Of a DNA stretch of 64,000 nucleotides, positions 1 through 13,045 are shown piece after piece. Source of the DNA: Octopus sinensis (Eukaryota). Below the pieces are notes generated by a model. The model had not been told where the DNA came from. It searched no databases and saw only the letters and a list, made by a program, of their open reading frames with translations. Location of the stretch: positions 6,882,001 to 6,946,000 of the forward strand of contig NC_043013.1 in assembly GCF_006345805.1 (NCBI RefSeq), written 5' to 3'. The stretch's first letter is position 1, and the number at the start of each line of letters is the position of its first letter. Position numbers and translations under genes: made by a program.

Positions 1-539
1 TGATAAACATGGAGGAGGATCTGTGATGATCTGGGTGGGGGGTATGCCTCGGAAATCCGCCGGCCTAATGGGTTCCCTTCATAGCAGAATAAAATAGTGA
101 AGACTATTTGAGCGTTTTTTCTTATCAAATTCATTCTATTGTTGCAGAACTGTTTCCGGGGGGAAACGCAATCTTTCAGGGTGATGATGCACCAATTCAC
201 ACAGCTAAATTTGTTACTGAATAGCACGGGGAACATTCTAGTGAAGTTGAACATCTTATCTAGCCACCACCGTCCCCAGATCTCAATATTATTGAACATT
301 ATATGTTGTATTGTAGCAAAAGAAGTAAGGAGTCGATATCCTTCACCATCGTAACTACAAGAACTGAAGACCATTTTAACTGAAGAATAGACAAAAATTC
401 CTTTGGAAACAATTTAAATTTGTAGGAGTCCATACCTCGTAGAATTCAAGCTATAATTACTGCGAGTGGAGATCCTACTCCTTATTAAAATAAATTTGTT
501 TGAAATTTTAAGGTGTTTCCATTATTTTGTCCTACCCTG
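1..539 (+). mobile_element. Tc1-family (DD34E) transposon, decayed 3' part with right terminus
   Basis: Frame-broken motifs KHGGGSVMIW (nt ~5-35), xDDAPIH (~175-200) and SPDLNIIEH (~273-299). Ends in a Tc1-like terminus ...CCATTATTTTGTCCTACCCTG followed by TA at 540-541. Confidence 0.85.
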
Positions 540-548
540 TATATAATA

Positions 549-598
<50 letters not shown>

Positions 599-800
599 AT
601 ATATATTATATATATACATACATACATACATAAATATACATACACATACATATACATGCATACATGCATAAATACATACTATTTATATATATATAGATAT
701 ATATATATATATATATATAATATTATTATATATATATTATATATATATATATACATATGTATATATATACGTATATATAAATAAATATATATAATATATA
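540..800. repeat. Degenerate (TA)n/(TACA)n microsatellite
   Basis: Directly visible; source of ORF 527..784. Confidence 0.95.
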
Positions 801-2316
801 TAAAAATTTTGCAATTAAGGACAACTACTTAATAAGGAAAACTTAACAAGAAATTGTCAGGTAGATAGCGTAAAAACCTCATAAGAGAAAAAATTTCGAA
901 AATAATTATTTCTTATTGAACATATTAATTTATATATAGAGGGCATAATTATACATACATGCCAGGAGGCATTATATATACATGCCAAACGCTAAGAGGG
1001 ACAATCAGTCATTTCTACCAAAAATATTACTAATCCCACCGAATGCAATTTTTCACCCGGATGTAATATATATAAACTCACCCATGTGCTTCGTTGATGT
1101 TGATCAGTTAGCTGTTCGGCTTAAGCGAGGCAAGGTCGTTGTTTATTTATAATACATTCAGGCCTGCTGATGATTACGTAAGTATGAAATCACTGTGATA
1201 CAGGCCTATATTTTTAAATGTCTTACTTTGAAAAATTGCATTCGGTGGGATAGTAATATTTTTGGTAGAAATGACTGATTGTCCCTCTTAGCGTTTGGCA
1301 TGTATATATAATGCCTCCTGGCATGTAGTATAATTATGCCCTCTATATTATAAATTAATATGTTCAATAAGAAATAATTATTTTCGAAATTTTTCTCTTA
1401 TGAGGTTTTTACGCTATCTACCTGACAATTTCTTGTTAAGTTTTCCTTATTAAGTAGTTGTCCTTAATTGCAAAATTTTTATTCCGAAAAAACTTTTCCT
1501 CTCCCGAAATGCAATTTTGTAAAAGTCTGCCATTCACCCGGATGTAATATATATAAACTCACCCATGTGCTTCGTTGATGTTGATCAGTTAGCTGTTCGG
1601 CTAAGCGAGGCAAGGTCGTTGTTTATTTATAATACATTCAGGCCTGCTGATGATTACGTAAGTATGAAATCACTGTGATACAGGCCTATATTTTTAAATG
1701 TCTTACTTTGAAAAATTGCATTCGGTGGGATAGTAATATTTTTGGTAGAAATGACTGATTGTCCCTCTTATTACGTTTGGCATGTATATATAATGCCTCC
1801 TGGCATGTATGTATATTATGCCCTCTATATATATAATTAATATGTTCAATAAGAAATAATTATTTTCGAAATTTTTTTCTCCTATGAGGTTTTTACGCTA
1901 TCTACCTGACAATTTCTTGTTAAGTTTTTCCTATAAGTAGTTGTCCTTATTGCAAAATTTTTATTCCGAAAAAACTTTTCCTCTCCCGAAATGCAATTTT
2001 GGTAAAAGTCTGCCATTCACCCCGATGTAATATATATAAACTCACCCATGTGCTTCGTTGATGTTGATCAGTTAGCTGTTCGCTTAAGCGAGGCAAGGTC
2101 GTTGTTTATTTTAATACATTCAGGCCTGCTGATGATTACGTAAGTATGAAATCACTGTGATACAGGCCTATATTTTTAAATGTCTTACTTTGAAAAATTG
2201 CATTCGGTGGGATTAGTAATATTTTTGGTAGAAATGACTGATTGTCCCTCTTAGCGTTTGGCATGTATATATAATGCCTCCTGGCATGTATGTATAATTA
2301 TGCCCTCTATATATAA
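801..2316. repeat. ~481-bp tandem array (about 2.6 units) preceded by an inverted ~255-bp copy of part of the unit
   Basis: The unit restarts at 1054, 1535 and 2018. 801-1055 is the reverse complement of 1229-1481. Both ends abut (TA)n. Confidence 0.92.
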
Positions 2317-3030
2317 ATTATATATATATATATATATAATATATATATATATATATGTACTGATCGATATAATTACATATTGATGTATTTATAAATAACT
2401 AAAATAATTGCTCTAAAAATATGTTTTGTAATTTGTTTGATCTTTGACATGACCTTTAAAACTGGTGAGGGATAAAAATAGGGGAGGGGTAAAAATATGA
2501 ACTCTGAGTTTTTTCTTTCTTTCTTTTTTTTTCTTGGCTATCGGAAACAACAACACATCAATGTATCAAATTATTTTCAGATCGAACACCAGACGTAGAT
2601 GTTTGCAACCGAGTGTTCTGTCTTAAAAGTACCCATGAACTAAATGGGAAAAGCTAAATTGGGTAACAAGTTAAATCTATTCAACTTCACTAACATGGCG
2701 TTGGTTGAGCTCGAAACTATAAAAAACAAAAATAAGAGGTCTGATGCTACAAAAATCAAAACCATGACATAAATCAATTCGCCATTTAATCTTCTTCGAA
2801 AGTGTCGCTTTCTGAAGAAGTCACACACCAAATTCAGCATCGTTTCCTTTGATGTAACCAACTCCCTTCTTCCTCGTCCCCTCTTCCTTTGCCTTTCATC
2901 CATTCAGGGTCGATAAAATAAATAACCAATTGAACACTGGCATCGAAGTAATCGACTCATCCCCCTTTCCCAAAAGCCGCTGCCCTTGGGACAATATTTG
3001 AAACCATCATCATCATTATTATTATTATTA

Positions 3031-3229
3031 GGGTGCCGAGTTGGCAGAAACGTTAGTATGCCGGGCGAAATGCTTAGCGGTATTTCCTCTGTCTTCTGAG
3101 TTCAAATTCCGCCGTGTCGACTTTGCTTTTCATCCTTTGGTTGTCGATAAATTAAGTACCAGTTGCCTACTCGGGTCGATCTAATCGACTGGTCCCTCCC
3201 TCAAAATTTCGGGCCTGGAGTAGAAATGA
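3031..3229 (+). mobile_element. tRNA-headed SINE family B (GGCGGCGAGCTGGCAGAAACG head; GCCTTTCATCCTTTCGGGGTCGATAAATTAAGTACC body)
   Basis: A-box-like TGGCAGAAACG and B-box-like GAGTTCAAATT. About 15 homologous copies in the window. Confidence 0.85.
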
Positions 3230-3231
3230 TT

Positions 3232-3386
<155 letters not shown>

Positions 3387-3753
3387 ATGTTTGACTTTTG
3401 CTTTATATTTGTACAAGTTGGCTCCAAGTCTCACCCAGAGACCTCAAGAGGCAACAGGTTGGAAGTTCATATTGTTGTTATGCCTAGTGTGCCATATATT
3501 TGGTTTTGCATTTAGTGTTGTACAAGTGAATGCCTAAAAAAAAAAAGAAACGAACGTTACATAGAAAGTATTTTGCGTAGGATATGAGCAGTTCCCATGA
3601 GCACTATCTTTTGAATTTCTGCCATTTGGGATTTCCTGGTATCTGAGTAAGGTAGCGATCAGCCCCTTTTGCTATCATTCTCAGGGCACCTATGACAACA
3701 GGTATTGTTTTAGTCTTCAGGTTCCACATTTTGCTGATTTCTATTTCAAGATC

Positions 3754-3833
<80 letters not shown>

Positions 3834-3937
3834 CATCGTCTTTGTTTCTTCAGGTACTCCTGCCATGGACGTCCGGCCCGTTCTCCTTGCTCAACCGACG
3901 GAGCCTTACTTTATTACATCATCGATAGTCGGTGAAC

Positions 3938-4070
3938 ATGTCCGACCAAACCCGTGCCGTTCTCCTTCTCACCAACACAACCACCACTATCACCATCCTT
4001 ATCATCATCCTATGTGCCTCCAGTATTGCTGAGGTCATCTCACAGGACGACTTCTGTTTCCGAAATTCTT
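3938..4070 (+). CDS. First coding exon (exon 3854-4070) of an uncharacterised secreted protein: signal peptide plus QDDFCFRNS
   Basis: Acceptor TTTGTTTCTTCAG|3854, ATG in AAC-ATG context at 3938, donor T|GTAAGT at 4071 (phase 1). Peptide MSDQTRAVLLLTNTTTTITILIIILCASSIAEVIS-QDDFCFRNS has a hydrophobic core followed by small residues. Confidence 0.72.
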
Positions 4071-4216
4071 GTAAGTTGACCGAATCCGATACATTTTTAA
4101 AAACATTTTTAATCTCTCGGCTCTTGAATCACTTTTGTAACTTGAATTCATAGAAAAATTGAAATTATAGAAAATATTTATTTACACCATTGTAATGAGT
4201 TCTATTTTTCCTGTTT

Positions 4217-4386
4217 GTGGTAAGTAGCTTGCTTATGAACCACATGGTTCTGGGTTCAGTCCCACTGCGTGGCACCTTGGGCAAGTGTCTTCTACTATAG
4301 CCTCGGGCAGACCATAGCCTTGTGAGTGGATTTGGTGGACGGAAACTGAAAGAAGCCCGTCGTATATATATATATATATATATATA

Positions 4387-4421
<35 letters not shown>

Positions 4422-4665
4422 CTATGTATGTATGTATGAATATGTTTGCGTGTCTCTGTTTGTCCTCCCAATATCGCTTGACAACCGATGCTAGTGTATT
4501 TACGTCCCCGTAACTTAACGGTTTGGCAAAAGAGACCGATAGAATAAGTACTAGGCTTACAAAGAATAAGTCCTGGGGTCGATTTGTTCGACTAAAGGCG
4601 GTGCTCCAGCATGGCCACAGTCAAATGGCTGAAACAAGTGAAAGAATAAAGAGAAAAGAGAGAGT
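4217..4665 (+). mobile_element. SINE family C: tRNA head, CORE-like CCTTGGGCAAGT block, internal (TA)n(TG)n and conserved 3' half
   Basis: B-box GGTTCAGTCCC. Homologous copies at 16357-16760, 34150-34457 and 54945-55220, plus fragments. Confidence 0.85.
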
Positions 4666-5076
4666 AAACATATAAATCCATAAATGCCTGTATCTACATT
4701 TGTAACATTACTCCAAAGATTTTATAGAGGAACTTCCATTTCTCCCGCTTGTATTCACGATTGTACTCCTTCAGTGGTTATCCAACATTCATACCCAAAT
4801 GTCCCGCACAAAAACCGAACTGAAGCTAGGAAGTATTGTGTGGTGAGAGGGAAATTATTGGCGGACGGTGATGGCATCAGCTCCACCTTTCGTTGTATCT
4901 ATGATCCTGGATAACTCACTGCCATACAGGTGTGGAACACACGATGAAGCGTCCAATCACGGCTGTTCCTGAAATATATTCACCTCTAGAGAGTAATTAT
5001 AAAGGATGATCTTCTAGAATGGTATTTGAATATAAACCCCGCAACTTAAAGCTGATGCGTGGTGCAGAAACAAATG

Positions 5077-5157
5077 GGTAAATTTTGATATTAACACCCG
5101 CACGATTTTCATTAAGAAAAACAATTACGGAAGACTACCAAGAACATATACACACAC

Positions 5158-5222
<65 letters not shown>

Positions 5223-5609
5223 TGTGTCTGTGTGTGTATAGCCACTACACGTTCTTTTTTTCTCTCCTTGTTTCTTTCTACGTTCCTTTCTGTGGAAGAG
5301 CATAGGCTCGAAACGCTAAAGACTTTTTTCATACTAATACATCTGTTTGTTGCCTACACCACCTGTCTTTGTCTTTTATTATTTTTTTGTGAATTCTCCC
5401 AATATATATATATATATATATATATATGTAATCGTCTTGGCTGAAAGGAAAATGACTATACCATCCCAATCTTGGAGCTCCCGGGTGAAGTACAATCATT
5501 TCATCTCCTCATGACTCTTGATAGACTTCCGTAATTGCAGTCTTGGTAGTCTTCCGTAATTTTACTTTTCTTAGTGAAAATCGTGCGGGCGTTAATATCA
5601 AAATTTACC
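5077..5609. mobile_element. Merlin-like MITE (GG-terminated ~70-bp TIRs, 8-bp TSD)
   Basis: 5077-5146 is inverted relative to 5540-5609 (GGTAAATTTTGATATTAAC...). Perfect TSD AACAAATG at 5069-5076 and 5610-5617. Confidence 0.8.
5286..5321 (+). ncRNA. Degenerate minimal hammerhead ribozyme motif in a Penelope-type repeat
   Basis: CUUU-CUGUGGA-A-GAGC AUAG GCUC-GAAAC-GCU-AAAG; carries core substitutions A6U and U16.1C. Confidence 0.55.
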
Positions 5610-5877
5610 AACAAATGTTGTTATCTGCCATTAAAGCTTGATATCCTGCGTCCTCGTATTATATTATCCTTGTATTAATCTCATGCAAAGAGGATTTCTG
5701 CATGAGTAACCAACCCTGAAAAATACCCTACTGTAGGATATCATGTAATAGCCAAATAACGAGGTTTTTAACCTGAATTATACGATATAAATGTATATGT
5801 ATAAGTGTTTGTGTGTATGTAGGTATGTATGTAAGTATGTATATATAATGTATGTATAGTACGTACATACGTATATA

Positions 5878-6441
5878 TTGGGTTGTCCGTAAAGTTCGTG
5901 CCAATTTATAGTAGCTTACCTTTCGACTTATTTTAGAACATGGTTGAGTCCATAAAATAGGATTTGACTGCACCTCCATTTAGAGCACAGTTTAAGCTAT
6001 CATTTCGTGGAAGAAGGTTTATGTTCCTATAACCTGTTAATTCTGTAACCCTTTAAAATGGAAGATAAGAAAGTTCATTTTCGGCGCTTGATGCTTTGGG
6101 AACCAGACAAAAATTGCAGCAGCTCGGCTGGGATGTGTTACTCCACCCTCCATATTCACCAGATATTGCTCCTTCGGATTTCCACTTATTTAGGTCTCTG
6201 CAGAATAGTCTTAATGGTAAAAATTTCAGTTCCTTGGATGACATAAAAAGATACCTTGATGAATTCTTTGCCATGAAACCACCTCAATTCTGGGAAGAGG
6301 GTATTTTCAAATTAAAGGAAAGATGGAGACGCATTGTGCAACAAAATGGTTCATATTTGGTTGATTAAAAATGTAATGGCAAGTATTTATTGACCTTTTT
6401 CTTTCCTTTAAAAATTGGCACGAACTTTCCGGACAACCCAA
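5878..6441 (+). mobile_element. Internally deleted mariner element
   Basis: TIRs TTGGGTTGTCCG(T/G)AAAGTTCGTGCCAATTT at both ends with TA TSDs. N-terminal MEDKKVHFR (6058) is fused out of frame to the C-terminal LHPPYSPDIAPSDFHLF...WRRIVQQNGSY (6096-6368). Confidence 0.95.
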
Positions 6442-6719
6442 TATTTATGTATGCATGCATGTATGTGTTTGTCTGTGTCCCCAAATTAAATAAATTATAC
6501 CATAAATGTAACAGTGAACAATTACATAAATTCATTAGATCTTACATGAATGAAAAAAAAAAGAAATATTTCCAGTTAGAAAAAATACTAAAAATTGAGT
6601 AAATAAATAAAACAAAAACTATAAAACAAAATTACGAAAATAACAATAACAAAGAAATGAAATAAGTAAGTAAATCGGAAAACAGAATTTCCCCTTTCCC
6701 TCCATTCTTCAGTGGCTTT

Positions 6720-7106
6720 GAGAAGCACTCCGTCGGTTACGACGATGAGGGTTCCGGTTGATCCGAATCAACGGAACAGCCTGCTCGTGAAATTAACGTG
6801 TAAGTGGCTGAGCACTCCACAGACACGTGTACCCTTAACGTAGTTCTCGGGGATATTCAGCGTGACACAGAGAGTGATAGGGCCGGTCCCTTGAAATACA
6901 AGGTACAACAGGAACAGGAAGTAAGAGTGAGAGAAAGTTGGGGTGAAGGAGTACAGCAGGGATCACCATCATCCCCTGTCGGAGGCTCGTGGAGCTTTTA
7001 GGTGTTTTCGCTCAATAAACACTCACAACGCCCGGTCTGGGAATCGAAACCGCGATCCTATGACCTTGAGTCCGCTGCCCTAACCACTGGGCCATTGCGC
7101 CTCCAC
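6720..7106 (-). mobile_element. tRNA-headed SINE family A (~385 bp), full length
   Basis: Head GGAGGCGCAATGGCCCAGTGGTTAGGG...GGTTTCGATTCCC. 11-bp TSD TCAGTGGCTTT at 6709-6719 and 7107-7117. Confidence 0.92.
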
Positions 7107-7513
7107 TCAGTGGCTTTACTACACATATCTACCATCACTTACCAGTTGTTTAAGCTCCTTTGCGGAAGCTGTAAAGTCATCGACAATCACGGCGTGAATC
7201 TACTCGATTGGATGAATGTTTATCTTGACGCTTTGAACTTTAATGTAGTACCTGAGTTTACTGAATTCAGCAATACAAATGAGAGGTTGCATCATACATA
7301 AGTGGCCGAAAATTTCCTTTATGTGTTCTTCTTTCTTTGATCACAGAAATATACCTTCTTCGAATGCTACAAACAAAAACGCCTTCCGAGAATAGAAGTG
7401 GTTCAATATGAAGGCGGTTTACAGATTTCTCGTTTGTTTGCTTAACCAAGCATGTCTTAACGAAAAGCTATACTCCAAAGACGCGCACACAGAGACACAC
7501 ACACACGCACACG

Positions 7514-7545
<32 letters not shown>

Positions 7546-7795
7546 TGCTGGAAACGCGTATATGTCTGTATATACATACATTTATATATTTAGAAATACT
7601 CATGCATATATGCATAAAGGTTTGGATATATACATAAATGTGTGTATATATAGATATATATATATATATGTGCATTTGTGTGTGTATATGTATATGTATG
7701 CACTGTATATATATACATATGTATGTGCGTATATGTATGTTTGTGTACATATATATATATATACATATATACATATAGATATGTATGTATGTATG

Positions 7796-7869
<74 letters not shown>

Positions 7870-7966
7870 GGAACGTTTACGAAAATAAACAAAAGACGAA
7901 GGCAGGTGGAGTACAACACAAACAAATGTATTAGTATGGCGCTCAGGAATAGAAATAGAAAAAAGT

Positions 7967-8002
7967 CCTCTACGTTTCGAGCCTACGCTCTTCGACAGAA
8001 AG
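7967..8002 (-). ncRNA. Minimal hammerhead motif (A6U variant) in a Penelope-type repeat spanning ~7866-8045
   Basis: CUUU-CUGUCGA-A-GAGC GUAG GCUC-GAAAC-GUA-GAGG. Confidence 0.6.
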
Positions 8003-8046
8003 ATACATAGAAAAAAACAAGGAGAGAAACAAGGAGAGAAAAAAAT

Positions 8047-9198
8047 ATACATACATACATACATACATACATACATACATACATACATACATACATACAT
8101 ACATACATACATACATACATACGTACATACATACATACATACATGCATACATACATACATACATACATACATACATACATACATACCTACTTACATACAT
8201 ACATACATACATACATACATGCATACATACATACATACATACATACATACATACATACATACATACATACATGCATACATACATACATGCATACATTACA
8301 TACATACATACATACATACATGCATACATACATACATACATACATACATACATACATGCATACATACATACATACATACATACATACATACATACATACA
8401 TACATACATACATGCATACATACATACATACATACATACATACATACATACCTACTTACTACATACATACATACATACATACATGCATACATCATACATA
8501 CATACATACATACATGCATACATACATACATACATACACACATCTACATACATACATACATACATACATACATACATACATACATACACACATACATACA
8601 CACATGCATACATACATACATACATACACACATACATACATACATACACACATACATACATACATACATACATACATACATACATACATACATACATACA
8701 CACATACATACATACACACATACATACATACGTACATACATACATACATACATACATACATACATACATACATGCATACATACATACATACATACATACG
8801 TACATGCATACATACATACATACATACATACATACATGCATACATACATACATACACACATACATACATACACACATACATACATACGTACATACATACA
8901 TACATACATACATACATACATACATACATACATACATACGTACATACATACATACATACATACATACACACATACATACATACATACATACATACATACA
9001 TACATACATACACACATACATACATACATACACACACACATATACATACATACATACATACATACATACATACATGCATACATACATACATACACACATG
9101 CATACATACATACATACATACATACATACACACATACATACATACATACATACATACATACATACATACATACATACATACATACATACATACATACA

Positions 9199-9227
<29 letters not shown>
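8047..9227. repeat. ~1.2-kb (TACA)n microsatellite
   Basis: Directly visible; generates the HTYI/MYVC ORFs. Confidence 0.98.
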
Positions 9228-9229
<2 letters not shown>

Positions 9230-9360
9230 GTATATTTGACCTTATTGTAAAAATCGACGCTGCTTAAGAAAACCTTCGCAGTAAAAAAAGCAGATGAAAG
9301 TTTGTTTAGATAAACTACGAACTAATTATAGTTCTTAAATCTGACAGACAGAAGCAGGTT

Positions 9361-9432
9361 GGTGCTTTGGTATAACGGTAGCACCATTCGTCGCGTAAAC
9401 AACGAGGTGTGGGTTCAAGCCTCACGCGTACG
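9361..9432 (+). pseudogene. tRNA-like element (degenerate tRNA gene or isolated SINE head)
   Basis: A-box TGGTATAACGGTAGC and T-arm GTGGG-TTCAAGC-CTCAC, with a T6 run at ~9444-9449. Acceptor and anticodon stems are poorly paired. Confidence 0.45.
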
Positions 9433-9881
9433 GGGAAACCTACTTTTTTCTGTCCACGGGGCTTACATGCCCATTATCAAACTATTTTCTTTAGGCATTG
9501 CGCGGTGATCGCTTATAAGCTTTAAGCTTATAAAATACTATTACTATTATTTAGAGAATATATCTATCTATCCGTCTATATATACATATATATATATGGA
9601 ACTATTAGACCTGACACCGTGTATTAGCCGGTGTTTTCAAAGCGATGAATAGCTTTGCAGAAACCATGGCACGCTTTGTTTTCTGACTTTATAATCATCG
9701 CATAATAATGACTTTTATGACTTTTGTTACTACCTCAGTCAATCTAAATGTATATATTTGTCGTTACCTGTCATAAAAAGCCTTTTTTTTTATTTACAAT
9801 GTGCATTTTCGTTGATTTTTCATATTTTACCCTTACATTTCCACGTGTATTTTATATTTTCTTTTTGTAACGTATTTCTAC

Positions 9882-9943
<62 letters not shown>

Positions 9944-10328
9944 CAACTATATACACACATATACATACATACAAATATATAAATTATCAATGTGGCTATT
10001 TGCAATTTACAACCGAAAGTTGCAAGTACAGTCGTCAATAAAGTGACAGAGGGTGCTAGTCAATGCCAGCATTGCTAGAAATAGACCCAAAACAACTCTT
10101 AGCCACGTGAGAGCACTTTTCTAGGGAGATAAGCTCTATCTCTTCGGCAACCGAGATGGAGTCATATCAGCGTTGATTTTAGATTTGATTAATTTGCGGC
10201 TCAGCTATAGAGTTCGATAGAATACGTAACAGGGTTTAATATAGGTTCTGAGGCTATTTGTTGAAATAAATCCTTAAAAGCATGGTCCTATGATGTGCTT
10301 CTATATATATATGTATATATGTGCTTGT

Positions 10329-10381
<53 letters not shown>

Positions 10382-10389
10382 TGTGCTTG

Positions 10390-10421
<32 letters not shown>

Positions 10422-10439
10422 TGTATATATATATATAGG

Positions 10440-10509
<70 letters not shown>

Positions 10510-11970
10510 AGGTGTATATATATATATATATATATATGAGTGTGTGTGTGTGTTTGTATGCTTGTATGTATATACGTATGTATATATATTCGTGTGGATT
10601 TAAATATAAGTGCGTGCGTACGTGTGTGTGCGTGTATGTGTTTGTGTGTGTCTATGCGTCTAGAAGAGTGCAAAATCAAATATAGCCTCAGTATGGAAAG
10701 CAAATGCATATCGACGATTACCATGTTATGATTATATCATAGCTTTTTGGAGTCATTATAAGCGTGACCTGGTTATGACGAGTAAATGAAGAATATTGAA
10801 GTGTTTAGGTTCTCACAACACCGGAATTAAGTACGATCTCGTAAATGCTGAAATTCCTGCCCTTCACAATTCACACAACCCTGTACTTTCTGCATTCATT
10901 TACACTCTGTCACACATTCTTTATCGTTGGCAATTTCTTGGCATTTTACTCTTATAAATTGTGTCATGCCATAAATGGTAATATGCGAATGTTTTTTTTT
11001 TGTTTTTTTTTTTGTCTTGCTGAATGTACTTTGACTTCGATGGCGTCAATAAAGAGGTCGTTAGGGTGAGATCCGGTGATTGAGGAGGTCTTCAGTTAAA
11101 CCGCCTCCATATACTTAGCCACAAAATCTATTGTTTAATCGTTTGTCAAGAGACTCACAAATCGCCGTCACACAAAAAAAAAACAAGAAAAAAGTGTGGA
11201 GGAGCAGAATGAATACTGCGACCCGTTCTACCGTTCATTGCCCAAGACTGGTATCCAACGGTACTGACCCCGAAGGGATAAAAAAAAAGTTGACATCAGT
11301 AGGCGTTGAACTCAGAATGCAAGGAGTCCAGATAAAGTTCAACGCTCTAACATTTCTGCCAATTCAGCAGAACAGCGTAAACATGCGCTGTATTTTTTCC
11401 ATCTCTTTACATTCTGAGTTCAAATCATGCCGTGATCAATTTTTCTATTCATCCCTCCGGGGTCACAGTCAAGAGCTGGGATCGATGTAACCGGCTTGTC
11501 CTCTCCCACCAAAATTGCACCAAAGGAATGTTATCATTATTTCATAAAAGATGAGAGGCAGAAAGGGACAGGTGTGGGGAAATGATATAAAAAGTATACA
11601 AAATATGTGAAGACATCTATGATGCAGTCCTCCTGGTACATGAGACCCGCCAGGTATGATCAAAGAAGGAACTTCACGGATCGAGGTCCAGCCTGACCAC
11701 CAACCCAGAAACCCTCGGTCAACTATTTTTCTCCACTCTACACTTGCATCATCAAAGTAGGTCCGTTCAGCCTAAACATGTTTGCCAGAGTTACTCATCT
11801 TTTGATAACTTCACTGGGAGAGAGAGAGAGAAAGAGAGAGACAGAAAGAAAGCACTTCCCTCTTTACCATCACTTCTATTTCCAAAGGAAACCCTTCAAC
11901 GTATGCCCCCGTGACGACAAAATAAAAGAAATAGTTATTATTGGTATTATTATTTTCATCATCATCGTCG

Positions 11971-12010
<40 letters not shown>

Positions 12011-12963
12011 TTCGGGGTCGATGAAATATATGCGAGTCAAGTACTGGGGGCGATGTAATTGACTTGTCCCCGACACCCAAATCTCAGGCCTTTTGCCCAT
12101 AGTAGAAAACGATTATTATTATAATTATTTTTATCATCATCATCGTCATCATCGTCGTCGTCGTCATCATCATCATCATCATCATAATCTACATCTTCAT
12201 CCGTATCCTCCTCCACCTCCTTCTCCCCTCCTCCTCCACCTCATCATCATCATCATTAATATTTGTTATTCTAGCGATTATCATTTAGTCGTCAACCTTT
12301 GTATCATTATATGGAGTTATTTACAATTTAATTAGTTTGTCTTCAGTTATTAATCATCTGCAATTAAGACTGCGGACGGGAGTGATGTATGGTTTGTGGA
12401 AAACTCTGGTGGATCGTTAAATAACAATGAATCAGGGATCGATCTTTGCGTTATGCTCTATTGGTCCTTTTGTAACTAAATACGATATCCTTGTGTATTC
12501 TATTAACTGAGTCCACCACCGTCGCCAGTGTCTGTCCGTTTGCTTTTGTATTACTGAAGTCAATGGTACGACGGGGGAAATTGAATAGCAGGGCGGCCAA
12601 GGTCAGTGAAAGCTGGACAGAACCAGTGAAGCAACGAACACATGCAAACACTCATACATACGTTCATACATACATATACACATACATATATATACACATA
12701 CATTTATATATACATACATGTTCACACATATAGTCATACATACTCGGGAAGATACATGCACGCATACATATAATCATACGCGCGTACGTATATATATATG
12801 CCCAGACACGCGTGCATACCTTCCTACCTACTTAGATGCAAATATGCATTTATTCATTCATTCATGCATACATTCACACATAGATACATACATACATACA
12901 TACATGCATGCATACATGCATACATACATACTACATACATACATACATACATACATACATACA

Positions 12964-12997
<34 letters not shown>

Positions 12998-13045
12998 CAC
13001 ACGTGCATGCTTGCGTACGTACGTACATGTATACATACACACATG

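Noticed and set aside
2640-2903. Minus-strand ORF resembling a type II membrane N-terminus (RKRHFRRRL followed by a hydrophobic stretch)
   Set aside because: It starts inside a SINE fragment, has no convincing splice partner and no recognisable homology.
4684-4914. Cys-containing plus-strand ORF near exon 1
   Set aside because: The available acceptors give a stop or the wrong phase when joined to exon 1.
8143-9267. Long ORFs (up to 499 aa) here and at 14127-14895, 20203-21554 and 26677-28289
   Set aside because: Pure translations of (TACA)n/(TATG)n; tetranucleotide repeats lack stops in most frames.
12491-12610. QCLSVCFCITEVNGTTGEIE segment with a GTCAGT donor
   Set aside because: In-frame TAG before the donor, and weak acceptors.
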